Assembly (NCBI GenBank): GCA_002269645.1
Contig: NIVC01000930.1
Location: 186,001-250,000, forward strand
Source: Macrostomum lignano
Taxonomy: Eukaryota
Length of the DNA: 64,000 nucleotides
Reading direction: 5' to 3'
Part shown: positions 25,282-37,060 of the stretch, piece by piece
How positions within the stretch are numbered: the stretch's first letter is position 1
How the letters are laid out: each line of letters starts with the position of its first letter
Notes under the pieces: model-generated
Databases searched by the model: none
Seen by the model: the letters and a program-made list of their open reading frames with translations, nothing else
What the model was told of the DNA's origin: nothing
Program-made: the position numbers and the translations under genes

Positions 25282-25860
25282 TCAGGTATTGAAAAGATAT
25301 AAAAGGACTAAAGGATCAAAGTACAGTATAGCAATGTTCATAATATTTTTTGTGGAATGACAGGACAGAGAAAAAAGAGAGAGAGAGAGAGAGAGAGAGA
25401 ATGAGGCGTATGCGCCCCAAATGTACTCTAGCTTAGAACACCAACAGCTGTTCACCCGCACCTCCTCCAGATAGTTGGACATTGAGAGTGGGTTTGTGTA
25501 ACTTAATGTGCAGAGCTTCAAGAATGTTAAGTTTATGCTCATTTTTGCTGTTGTCTATGACCTTGAAATGAGAGGTTATGTCTGGCTCATCACAACAACC
25601 ATGGCATTGCAGCAAATGTTCATGAATCGGAGAGTTTCGTTGCCTATGTTCCTTGGCTCTCGTGAGAAGGTGTCGCTTGGTTTTACCAATGTAGGTAATG
25701 CTCTGGTCAACAGAGCAACGAAAACGATAGATGACACCTGCCTTGAGAGCACATGGAACACGAGACTTTAAACTCCCAACAAATTGACTGACTTTATGAG
25801 TACGGAACACTACATGAATCTTAGTCTTAAAGAATTTTTGGCAAGTTTAGCGAATTTGCC
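25282..25860 (-). pseudogene. Inverted duplicate of the PLE GIY-YIG endonuclease domain and 3' UTR
   Basis: ORF 25433..25810 is identical in translation to the C-terminal part of ORF 27238..27693. Confidence 0.9.
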
Positions 25861-25899
25861 TCTGCATCATCTGCATCATTTGCATCATTCTGCATCATT

Positions 25900-27130
25900 T
25901 GCCTATACCTCTTCTCTGAGTTAGAGAATGCCATTGGTAAGTGTACTCGACCTCTTAGTAATACCGGTAGCCGTGGCGCGCACTTCCTTCCCGATGGTTG
26001 CAAGAACAGAATTATCTCTGACACTGATCACTTCTGCTCCCGTGCTCTCATGTCCATCAACAATAAACAGAACAAGTTTTTTCACAGAACCCTTAAGGAC
26101 ATCCGCAATAATAAACAAATCAAGATTTTGAGCTTTGACAAGGGCTATGGCGTTGCTATTTTAGACAGTGCTGAATATGAGGCCAAAATGACCAACTTAA
26201 TTCAAGACAAAACCAAATTTAAATGCTTAGGACCTGCCGATGAAAGGGTTACCGTGTCACACCCTGTTCTTAAATCTGAACGCTCTATCCAAAACTATAT
26301 TAGAACCTATGTCAGACCGCACATAAGTGACCATGTGTACAAGAAGATTATGCCGTGTGGGAGTCAACCTGGCCAACTCTATGGCTCGTGCAAGGTCCAT
26401 AAGGAAGACAAACCATTGAGACCCATTGTGTCTATGCTGAACACGGCTGAATATGAGCTGGCTAAATTTCTAGACTCATTTATCAAGCCATGCATCCCTT
26501 AGGATTTCAGTTTGCGGTCCAATAGGGAATTCATAACAGCCATCAGCAATTACACCCCATCTCGCGAAGATCAATTGTATAGCTTCGATGTCACCTCTCT
26601 ATTTACCAATGTTCCGCTGAATCTGGCGATCGACATTGCTACCAATTTGGTCTTCAAAGACAACCCAGCGCCACCAATCCCGGAGAAAGTGTTTAAGAAA
26701 TTGTTGGTTATTGCCACATCTGGGATATTCCAATTCGGCGATAAGTACTTCCAGCAAATTGACGGCTGCGCTATGGGCAGCCCTCTTGCCCCCACTCTTG
26801 CTAACGTTTGCATGTCACATTGGGAGAAAACCTGGATGGAAAAAAGCTGTGCTCCGAAATTTTACAAACGGTATGTCGATGACACATGCGCTATTTTTGA
26901 TAACGAGGAAGACTTTCTGCAATTTTTCAACACAATAAACGCCACCCATCCTAACATTAAATTCACCGTGGAATATGGTGGAAAGAAACTACCGTTTCTT
27001 GACATCGAGATCCATCTGAAGGACTGCGCTATTGAGACCGAAGTGTATCGCAAGCCCACATTCACTAACTTGATGCTTAATTTCCAGGCGTTGTGCCCCA
27101 GGGAATGGAAGACGGGAGTCATTCGCGGAA
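25900..27130 (+). pseudogene. PLE reverse transcriptase; one in-frame TAG at 26500-26502, N-terminus and thumb missing
   Basis: ORFs 26050..26502 and 26512..27171 share one frame; RT-like sequence ends at WKTGVIRG (~27129). Confidence 0.9.
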
Positions 27131-27237
27131 GGAAGGAAGGAAGTGCGCGCCACGGCTACCGGTATTACTAAGAGGTCGAGTACACTTACCAATGGCATTC
27201 TCTAACTCAGAGAAGAGGTATAGGCAAATGATGCAGA

Positions 27238-27693
27238 ATGATGCAAATGATGCAGATGATGCAGAGGCAAATTCGCAAAACTTGCCAAAAATTCTTTAAG
27301 ACTAAGATTCATGTAGTGTTCCGTACTCATAAAGTCAGTCAATTTGTTGGGAGTTTAAAGTCTCGTGTTCCATGTGCTCTCAAGGCAGGTGTCATCTATC
27401 GTTTTCGTTGCTCTGTTGACCAGAGCATTACCTACATTGGTAAAACCAAGCGACACCTTCTCACGAGAGCCAAGGAACATAGGCAACGAAACTCTCCGAT
27501 TCATGAACATTTGCTGCAATGCCATGGTTGTTGTGATGAGCCAGACATAACCTCTCATTTCAAGGTCATAGACAACAGCAAAAATGAGCATAAACTTAAC
27601 ATTCTTGAAGCTCTGCACATTAAGTTACACAAACCCACTCTCAATGTCCAACTATCTGGAGGAGGTGCGGGTGAACAGCTGTTGGTGTTCTAA
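27238..27693 (+). pseudogene. PLE GIY-YIG endonuclease domain
   Basis: VIYRFRCS ... YIGKTKRHLLTRAKEH ... ILEALHIKLHKPTLN; out of frame with the RT. Confidence 0.9.
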
Positions 27694-27890
27694 GCTAGAG
27701 TACATTTGGGGCGCATACGCCTCATTCTCTCTCTCTCTCTCTCTCTCTCTTTTCTCTGTCCTGTCATTCCACAAAAAATATTATGAACATTGCTATACTG
27801 TACTTTGATCCTTTAGTCCTTTTATATCTTTTCAATACCTGATTTTGTCGTCTACACAGTATTTAATAGGTTGAAATAAATTCTGTTCGA

Positions 27891-27932
27891 TAGTGCCTGA
27901 AGATGGCTAGTTTTAGCCGAAACGCGTCGCAA
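27891..27932 (+). ncRNA. Minimal type I hammerhead ribozyme at the PLE 3' end
   Basis: TGC-CTGAAGA-T-GGCTA-GTTT-TAGCC-GAAA-CGCG-TC-GCA: core CUGANGA, 5-bp stem II, GAAA, palindromic stem III, UC cleavage site (after 27928), 3-bp stem I. Confidence 0.82.
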
Positions 27933-27995
27933 ATAATATTGAGTTTTGTCTTACTATTATCTGTTAAGAGTGCTTCTCTACCGCGATGATGCTTT

Positions 27996-28150
27996 GCTAA
28001 CACACCCTAATCGGTTGCTAACACACCCTAATCGGTTGCTAACACACCCTAATCGGTTGCTAACACACCTTAATCGGTTGGTAACACACCTTAATCGGTT
28101 GCTAAGACACCGTAATCGGTTGCTAAGACACCGTAATCGGTTGCTAAGAC
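27996..28150. repeat. 21-bp tandem repeat (GCTAACACACCCTAATCGGTT), ~7 copies
   Basis: Direct reading; begins immediately after the right TSD. Confidence 0.9.
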
Positions 28151-28712
28151 GCAGGCGTACACGTTACAGGCGTGCGGTCGCGGTCAAGAAAATTTTACTA
28201 ACAAAATCAAAGCTTTATAACAAATTGAATTAACACTACAGACGGAGGAAATGCATAGTCGCTGTCTATCTTTCAATACGTTTAGGCAAATAAAATGCAT
28301 AGAATTCAACTTAAAAAAACAGCTACAAACTTAAGGAAGGCCAAGATTGTAAACAATACAATAGTTTACGCAAAAAATTATTAGCGGGGAGATCTGTTAA
28401 CAAGAGGTTTTGAGCTGACTTGTGATTGAGTACTACTACAAATTTATTATTATTTGTTAACGCAGAATACCTGGGGTTAAAAAAAAGTCACCAATATTTT
28501 GCCCATTTTTTCTATGCAAGAACCGGACCTCTTGAGGCGGAAGATTTTAAAATATTCGATGAATTTACTACACAGAGACCTATTAGTATTAAAGTTATTT
28601 CGATTGTCTAATTAAAGTCCAAGAAGTAGGTGAAAACGAAAAGAAAGCTTCATTGCTTCAATCAAGCAAGCAGTTTAAAGTAGTTAGAGTTGCGCAAACA
28701 CTAATTAATCAA

Positions 28713-29087
<375 letters not shown>

Positions 29088-29327
29088 CTAGTCGCTTAAG
29101 AATGAATTCTATAATCGATTCTATGCTGAAATATGCAATGCTTTTAACTAATTAAAAAGTCCATAGACAAAAATTCTGCCTTTAAATTAGACTCTTACTA
29201 AAATTAATCAATAATATCTTCTTGAATCTCAACTCATAGGAGGCAGAACGGTGTTCAACTTTTGGCGTTTCCCATAATGTTGCAATCATTATTCTTCATT
29301 ACAGCGGTCACACTGCTGTGTCACAAA

Positions 29328-29625
29328 ATGAGCAGTGAGCAGAGAATCAATCTCAACTTTTTTATGCAGTCATCAGAATATCATTAGCTTCTTTGTGAGG
29401 TCTACGGAGATGATGCAATGTCTCAGACAAGAGTGTATGATTGATGCCTTACCAACCACCTTACCCTCACATGGCCAAGGATCCGATAAGAAGCATTCTA
29501 ATCGAAGATTTCAACATAAGGAAGCTGTGCACTAAGAAAGATGACACCAAAGATGGCGCACAAGACATTTTTAGTTAGGCAACTCCTCGAGACCACCCCA
29601 TTCATAAGTGTCGCGACTTTATTTG
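29328..29625 (+). mobile_element. Heavily deleted mariner relic
   Basis: Frame-shifted fragments MSSEQRINLNF, VYGDDAMSQTRVYD* and AHKTFLVRQLL resemble mariner HTH and catalytic-domain pieces. Confidence 0.5.
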
Positions 29626-29719
29626 TCACTTCTTAAGTTAACTTTCACTTGTCTGTTTATTCTGTTTTCTCTCCCTCTCTGTCCAGCTCAAATATTGTTA
29701 TTCCCCCCTCTCTCCCCCA

Positions 29720-30268
29720 GGAGTACGACGTATGCTTGCGGGAAGTTTTCTTGCCGAACTTTGCTTGCAGAAATTTTGCTTGCCGAACTTTGCTTGCCGA
29801 ATTTCGCTTGCCAAACTTTGCTTGCGGAATTTTGATGTCTGCTTCCTAGAAATTTGCAATCACAATTGCAAGGTTTTAACTTGCCGAATTATTTTCTTGT
29901 CTGTTTGCTTGTGAAGTTGGTCAGTCAACTACAGATGCTTTGCAAGTGGATTCTTATCAGCGTCGAAGTAAACTGACTTGACACTAAGCTTTCAAACTCG
30001 GCTTATAGAGTTTCATTCTAAGTATTTATTATAAAGAATGATTAGAGATTTAGTATAGGTAGATAGGGATCGGTAACAGCATAAATCTTTGTAGTTCCTG
30101 ATTTCCACAAGAAAACTTTGGCTGGCAAACCACGGCAAGCTCATGTGCAGCAAGCATATTTCCTGCAAGCAAAATTCGGCAAGCAAAATTCCGCAAGCAA
30201 AGTTTGGCAAGCAAATTTCCGCAAGCAAACTTCGGCAAGCAAACTTCTCGCAAGCAAATTCATAGACC
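29720..30268. mobile_element. Foldback-type non-autonomous element whose inverted arms are 14-bp tandem repeats (TTGCTTGCCGAACT)
   Basis: Arrays at ~29733-29830 and ~30160-30260 in opposite orientation. Confidence 0.7.
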
Positions 30269-30558
30269 CCTCTCCCTCGCTGCCTTCTGATTGGCTCTCC
30301 ATTCTCGCCCCTCTCCTCAGTCGCACACTCCATCCCCCTAATTCACTCAACACTACCCCTCCCCTCCTCTAGGTTATTGACATAAATAAACCTGTTTGGG
30401 CCTTGAGCCTCACTTACTGTTTACTGTCTGTTTTGCATTCAACTCTAATTAGGTATTCTCTCAATTCAAACAGTATTTTATTATTTTCTTTACATGGCAC
30501 CCAATTTAAAATAGAACTCAATATGTAGTTTATTAAGTGCCAAATAGGCTGACTGGAT

Positions 30559-31400
30559 TTGTTCGTCACAGTCGAACGCATCATCTCGTCATCCCATCAT
30601 CATCGCTTATCGTCTTGTCTGCCGGCCTCTCCTCGCCTCATGTGTGCCGTGCGATGCGCTTGTAACAAGCTGGGGAGTGAGTGCGAGAGTCTGGCTGACC
30701 TTGTCCCCTCGTATTTCGTCTACACAGCCCGATGGTCTCACTACGAGCATGTACAAGACTTGCCGGACCTACAGAGTCACCGCTTTCTCCGTCGTGTGGA
30801 GACTCGCTGGGTCCAGCTGTTGCCTGTAGTTAACCGACCGCGAGAGTTTGTTCTAAAGCGCAACAGCCGACAGCCTACTGGCAGCCTCGAGAAGAAGCAG
30901 GTTCAACAAATTTGTGAGCTGCTCCAGAACAAGGAAGTAGAGTTTGACTTTCTATTTCTTCAAGCCGTCTTACCAATTCTTGACAAGTTTGAGAAGCATT
31001 TTCAGCAGAGAACAGTCCTAATTCACTCGATGTAGGCAAATGTTCGTCTGAGCTGCTTTGTTCAACTGGACTACATGAGTGCCAAAGCATCTCACTTGAC
31101 AACCCTGCAAATCGACTTTGAGCACTGTGTCTCTAACTCCAATTTTTTTGTTGGTGAGAGGCCAAGTCCTTGCTTCAGCATTCAGCAATGCCCCCAAGAG
31201 ATCCAGAAGCAGTACTTTGTTCGAGCAAGGCAATTCTACATGGGCACTTGCAACTTTCCTGCAATCACACTATTGTGTTGTGCACTTTTGCAGTGCAAAT
31301 GCACTTTGCCCTCCCAGACAGTTTGAGTCACCCCTGTTTGCATCCATTTTTTGTCATCACCCCTTCTGAAAAGAGTCTGAAAAGGCAAATGCCTTTCTAA
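30559..31400 (+). pseudogene. Degenerate hAT-type transposase fragment
   Basis: FLRRVETRWVQLLPVVNR (hAT TRW motif) ... FLFLQAVLPILDKFEKHFQ ... FFVG ... ARQFY; stops and frameshifts. Confidence 0.65.
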
Positions 31401-33244
31401 GCAAATACCAGAGGAAAAACCTGGCCTTGCAGATGGAAAAAAAGAATCTAGAAAAGGCTGAGGACAATTTGGCCAAGAAAAAGCACAAATTAGAGGCCAA
31501 GCAATGAAGCATTTGCATATGACAATTGACTCAAGTTTATAGAACATGAATTCAGGGGGATTATTTCCAACAAACTTGGCATTTCGTCTGGGTGCATTTC
31601 ATTAGATAGAAGATGCATGCCTATTGGTTGGGGGCTACTAAAGGGAATAAGGCTAGATATTAAATGTGCTTCTAGCAGTGAATATACCTAAACATTTTCA
31701 TACAAGTTTAATCCTTGATCTGAATCAAAAACTTATTTAGCATGAATTCATTAAACTATCAATGAGCACAATTAACAAAGCAAATGACTGATTAATTAGT
31801 GAGGTAGGCATATTATTGATTGAAATATTTGTGTTCAATATTACTTAGTATTTGAATCAGTTTTATTATATATTTGAATTGAATCAAATCAGTTCAAAAA
31901 AATTATTTTTAGGCTTTTTAAGCTATCTTTAGGCTTACTATATAGAAATTATAGTATCAATATAATGTTTGATATTAACTATCATATTTAAACCATGCTA
32001 ATGCTAAACATTCATCATTATTGCTAAAGACAATAATAGAAAGTTAACATTATTAAATAAAATTCATAAAGATCATAGACTAGTCTAATGCAAGTACTGA
32101 CTACTTTGGCAATAGAGATTTACCATGGATAAATCTGGCAAAAGAAACTTCCATAACAATCTAGTCAGGTTTAGCAATAATAATTAAATTACAATTATGC
32201 ATAATTGCTAACCTAACCAATTTGGTAACAAACAAATTCATTGACAAAGACTCATTATGCCTAGGCCTATAGAAAAATTTAGCAAAAGCAAATTTATTAT
32301 TTAACAACAATCTAATAGTAAAATTTGCCAATAATGTCAATGCAAAAAACAACTATATATAATTATTACTTATTAACCAATTTTGTACCAAACAAATTTA
32401 AATTCACTAAAGACAATTTAGCAAAAGCAAATTTGGCAATAATCTAGCTAGTCAAATACAATTTATATTAATCCTATCATGTTAATGCTATTTGTACATT
32501 TTAATAAATAAGTTTAATACATGTGAATATATTGTGACTATTGCCATTTTGACTGTTATTTAGCTTATCTTTTTGCATGTCTCTTTTTGATTGTCACATT
32601 TTTTATCTATTGCCCTTTTGACTTATAGCCATATGTTAATTGTTAAGCCTATCTAGAGCTACCAGTCATTTCCCATATACTAAAAATGAGTTGTCTGTGG
32701 GTATGCGATAGATTTCAGAAAAAGTGGCTCAACCAATTTTCTTCAAACTTGCACCATTCAATCAGAAATTTTCCTGGGATGGTACATGCATCTTGGCTAA
32801 GAAATTGCTCAATGTTAAAGGGATTAAATATTCAAAAAACATGCTTTTTTGCAAAGGTCAAGCAGCTCTTTGGACTTGAAATGCATTGTAAAAATGCTAG
32901 AGAAATACCTGACTGACTGAATTTTGATTCTGATAAAGATTGCATCACAACAAGTTGAAATCAGTGTCGAAGAAATGCACACACGACTTGATTTAAATTG
33001 CATAACCAATATTGCAAACTTGAACTGAGACTGATACTGGCTGACTGAGAAATTGATTATGTCATAACTTTTTACTCTAATTGACTTGCTGTAAGAATTG
33101 AATTATAAGGGCCACAATTCATGTTCTCCAATTGAAAAGAGATAGCCTAGATGCGAACAGACTGAACTGCTAATGTAGCAACCTGGGTTCGAATCTTAGT
33201 AGTGCAAAAAATTTTTTTTTAAAAATCTTAAAAATACAAAATGC

Positions 33245-34795
33245 TAAACATAAAAGAGCCACCATGCCAAACATAAAAGAGCTGGCAAGTCAAACATTAA
33301 AGAGCCACCATCCAAACATAAAAGAGCCATGATGTTGAACATTAAAGAGCCACCCTGTCGAACATTAAAGAGCCACGATGTTGAACATTAAAAAGCCACC
33401 ATGTCAAACAGTAAAGAGCCAGCACGTCGAACATTAAAGAGCCACCATGTCGAACATTAAAGAGCCACCATGTCAAGCATAAAAGAGCCACCATGTCAAA
33501 CATAAAAGAGCCACCATGTCAAACATTAAAGAGCCACCATGTCAAACATAAAAGAGCCACCATGTCAAACATATACGTGACTCCATGTTGAACATTAAAG
33601 AGCCACCATGTTAAGCAAAAAAGAGCCACCATGTCAAACATTAAAGAGCCACCATGTCAAGCTTAAAAAAACCACCATGTCAAACATTAAAGAGCCACCA
33701 TGTCGAACACTAAAAAGCCACCATGTCAAGCATAAAAGAGCCACCATGTAAAACATTGAAGAGCCACCATGTCGAACACTAAAGAGCCACCATGTCAAAC
33801 ATAAAACAGCCAACATTTCAAACATATATGTGACTCCATGTCAGAAATATACATGACTCCATGTCAAACATATGTGTGACTCTATGACAAACATATACAT
33901 GACTCCATGTCAAACATATGCGTGGCTCCATGTCAGAAATTAAACAGCCACCATGTCAAACATAAAAGAGCCACCATGCCAAACATAAAAGACCCACCAT
34001 GTCGAACATTAAAGAGCCACCATGCCAAACATAAAAAAGCCACCATGTCGAACATTAAAGAGCCACGATTTTGAACATTAAAGAGCCACCATGTCAAGCA
34101 TAAAAGAGCCACCATGTCAAACATAAAAGAGTCACCATGTCAAACATTAAAGAGCCACAATGTCAAACATAAAAGAGCCACCAAGTCAAACATATACGTC
34201 ACTACATGTCGAACATTAGAGAGCCACCATATCATACATTAAAGAGCCGCCATATCGAACACTAAAAAGCCACCATGTCAAGCATAAAAGAGCCACCATG
34301 TAAAACATTGAAGAGCCACCATGTCGAACACTAAAAAGCCACCATGTCAAACATAAAAGAGCCACCATGTCAAACATATATGTGACTCCATGTCAAACAT
34401 ATACGTGACTCCATGTCAAACATATACGTGACTCCATGTCAAACATATGTGACTCCATGTCAAACATTAAAGAGCCACCATGTCAATCATTAAAGAGCCA
34501 CTATGTCAAGCATTAAAGAGCCCACCATGTCAAACATAAAAAGCCACCATGTCAAACATAAAAGAATTACCATGTCAAAAATATATGTGACTCCATGTTG
34601 AAAATTAAAGGGCTACCATGTCAAACATATACATGACTCCATGTCAAACATTAAAGAGCCACCATGTCAAACATTAAAGAGCTACCATGTCAAAGATAGA
34701 AGAGCCACCATGTTTAACATTGAAGAGCTATCATGTCAAACATAGAAGAGCCACCATGTCAAACATTAAAGAGCCAACATTTCAAACATAAAAAG
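33245..34795. repeat. Degenerate 23-bp minisatellite (CATTAAAGAGCCACCATGTCAAA)
   Basis: Period 23 (33485, 33508, 33531). Confidence 0.95.
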
Positions 34796-34869
34796 AAGTG
34801 TCATGCCAAACAATATGGAGCCACTATAAAGCTAAGGAAACTATTACACTAGCTACTTGTTCTCTGGTG

Positions 34870-35330
34870 GATGCTTGCTATTTAAGGATAGATACTTGCT
34901 ATCAGGGGGATGCTTGCTATCTGAGGGATGCTTGCTATTGGGGGGATGCTTGCTACTGGGGTAACCTGCTATTGGGAGATGCTTGCTCTTGGGGGGGGGG
35001 GTGGAGGGTACTTGCTATCTGTATCTAAGAGGGGGTTGCTAGATATCTATAAGGTCTCTTTGTATCCAGGTTATGATTGCTATCTGGGGTTGCTTGTGGT
35101 CTGGGGGATGCTTGCGATCTAGGGATGCTTGCTATCTGGGGGATGCTTGCTATCTAGGGGATGCTTGCTATCTGGGGGATGCTTGCTATCTGGGGTCTGG
35201 AGGACGCTTGCTAGCTGGGGGATGCTTGCTATCTGGGGTTGCTTGCTATCTGGGGGATGCTTGCAGTCTGGGGGATGCTTGCTATTTGGGATTGATGCTT
35301 AAATGCTGTCTGAGGATGCTTGCTGTCTTG
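34870..35330. repeat. 18-bp minisatellite (GGGGGATGCTTGCTATCT)
   Basis: Direct reading; explains the GDACYL-repeat ORFs. Confidence 0.92.
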
Positions 35331-35639
35331 GGATGTTTTGTTTTTAGAGGGAATGTCTGTTGTTTTTTTATGAAGGCTTTATTTTGCTGTCTATTTTTTA
35401 TTTGTAAAGAACAAGGATCCTATCCAGATGTCCCCCATCGGGGGGGGGGGCAAAGATTGCTAGTCATCTACTAATACTAAATAGTTAGTCTATTAAATAT
35501 ACAAAAAGTTTTTTCTTCCAAAACTGTTTGTCTATTAGGAAATAGGATAAAGATATGGAGTAAGATATAAAGCCAACTAATAACCTCCCCATTTGCTGAA
35601 ATGCTGTAGGGATATTAGTTTCCTCAAAAATGATAAATG

Positions 35640-36095
35640 GGCATAACTATGGTTTTGTTTGTTATATTATTTCTTGTTTCAAATTTCAAAACTGATGTTT
35701 CAAAATGGATGGTTGGGCTGCATACAACGCACTACCAAATCATGCGTCTGTAAACCACCGGCTCTATTTTGATGACCCCCAGGACCCAACAGTTCATACG
35801 AATACTATCAAGGAAACATGGGCGCATTGCAAGGCAAAGTTTCGCAATATGTATGGGACGAGTGATGGTCTATTCAAAACTCATTGGCAGGAATTTCTAT
35901 GGTGTCGTCTATATCTACGGAATGTGTTTAGCAACTTTCTCTACTAGGTGTCATATTATTATCCCCTCTAATTATCTTTCTTGTGACTTCAAACTCTAAT
36001 TTGAACTTTTTTGAGTATGGTTTTTTGTCATAATCTCTAATAACTTGTCACTTTTTTAAATAAAATAATATAATGAACGAAACCATAGTTATGCC
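35640..36095 (+). mobile_element. Merlin (IS1595/IS1016-related) internal-deletion derivative, 456 bp
   Basis: ~33-bp TIRs GGCATAACTATGGTTT..TT..TTATATTATTT; perfect 8-bp TSD GATAAATG (35632-35639, 36096-36103); transposase C-terminus DGWAAY ... VNH..YF.DP ... HTNTIKETW ... EFLW. Confidence 0.9.
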
Positions 36096-36802
36096 GATAA
36101 ATGCTATCTAATTCTATGTATTATAGGCCTATAGTAGTACTAGGGACTATCAATTTTTAAATACATGTCCAAAATTAAAAAATGCTTAGGTCAGTGATAT
36201 CATACAAGTTACTAGATAAGAATGGTTACAAGCTTGTGGAGAGAATGGAAACATGATATGCAACAACTCTACTCTCTAGATTTGAAATGAAAGCTTCTTA
36301 ATAAATATGAATAATTTTTGTTTGAAATTATAATAGGCTTAGTTATCTACAAAGTGTAAAGAAAAAATAATAATTAATAATTACTATCTATTAACATTTT
36401 TTATCTTTACCAAATTTTAAACAGTTTTTAGCTTTTTATTGTAGATGCATATTGTAAAATTGTTTGTAAAAATTATGGAGGAAGGACCCCTGCAGCGCTT
36501 TAACAATGTCAATGGAGAGGTTGTTGGGTAGCTTCCCACCCCACTCCTCATCTCATCCCCACCCTCATTTCCCAGCAGACAAACAGTTTTAGAAGACAAG
36601 GCATTTCGTCTACTCAGCAGACGAACTGTCAGCAGACAAATGAACTGGAAATCATCATAAATTTTTGATGCCATAAGCATTCAGGAGGCGCAGTATCAGC
36701 AGGCTAGTATTATGCCAAGTAGTGTACCACATTTTAGCAACTTTACGAACATTTAAGATAGCAGAAGATACGTTTTGAAGCCTTGCGGGCAAACAACACA
36801 GG

Positions 36803-37060
36803 GGCTTTTCATATTGCTTGTTCTGGTTCCAGAACCAGAACCAATTTGTGAAGTATAACTTTTTGTCTCCAAAACTAGAGGGAGATACGTGCTATAAAGT
36901 TTTTATTATTGATTGACAATCGCCAAGAAGAAAGTGAAAAATTGTGCTAAGTGAGGTTGTTAAGGCAGTCAAACATTCAACAGAATTAAATAGTTATACT
37001 GCTGTTTTTGTTGGAAGATCCGAACCGATTCTGATTCTGGAATTGGTAATATGAAAAGCC
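36803..37060. mobile_element. Probable MITE with GGCTTTTCATATT termini
   Basis: 13-bp perfect inverted termini plus subterminal TTCCAGAAYCAGAAYC; no TSD recognised. Confidence 0.5.

Larger units (their letters stand above)
25179..27983 (+). mobile_element. Penelope-like retroelement (GIY-YIG class), 5'-truncated, with inverted arms 25179-25991 and 27135-27945, a 38-nt 3' tail and 12-bp TSD CGATGATGCTTT (25167-25178; 27984-27995)
   Basis: RT motifs DKG, LYGSCKVHK..PLRPIVS, SFDVTSLFTNVP, GCAMGSPLAP, RYVDD, LPFLD, VYRKPT; GIY-YIG motifs VIYRFRC ... YIGKT.RHL.TR..EH ... EALHI ... PTLN; arm complementarity read directly. Confidence 0.95.

Noticed and set aside
26050-27693. Autonomous active Penelope element
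   Set aside because: Nonsense codon at 26500, missing N-terminus and thumb, and the endonuclease is out of frame.
27946-28233. LLTHPNR-repeat ORF and telomere-like CCCTAA
   Set aside because: Product of a 21-bp tandem repeat; CCCTAA occurs only once per unit, so this is not a telomeric tract.
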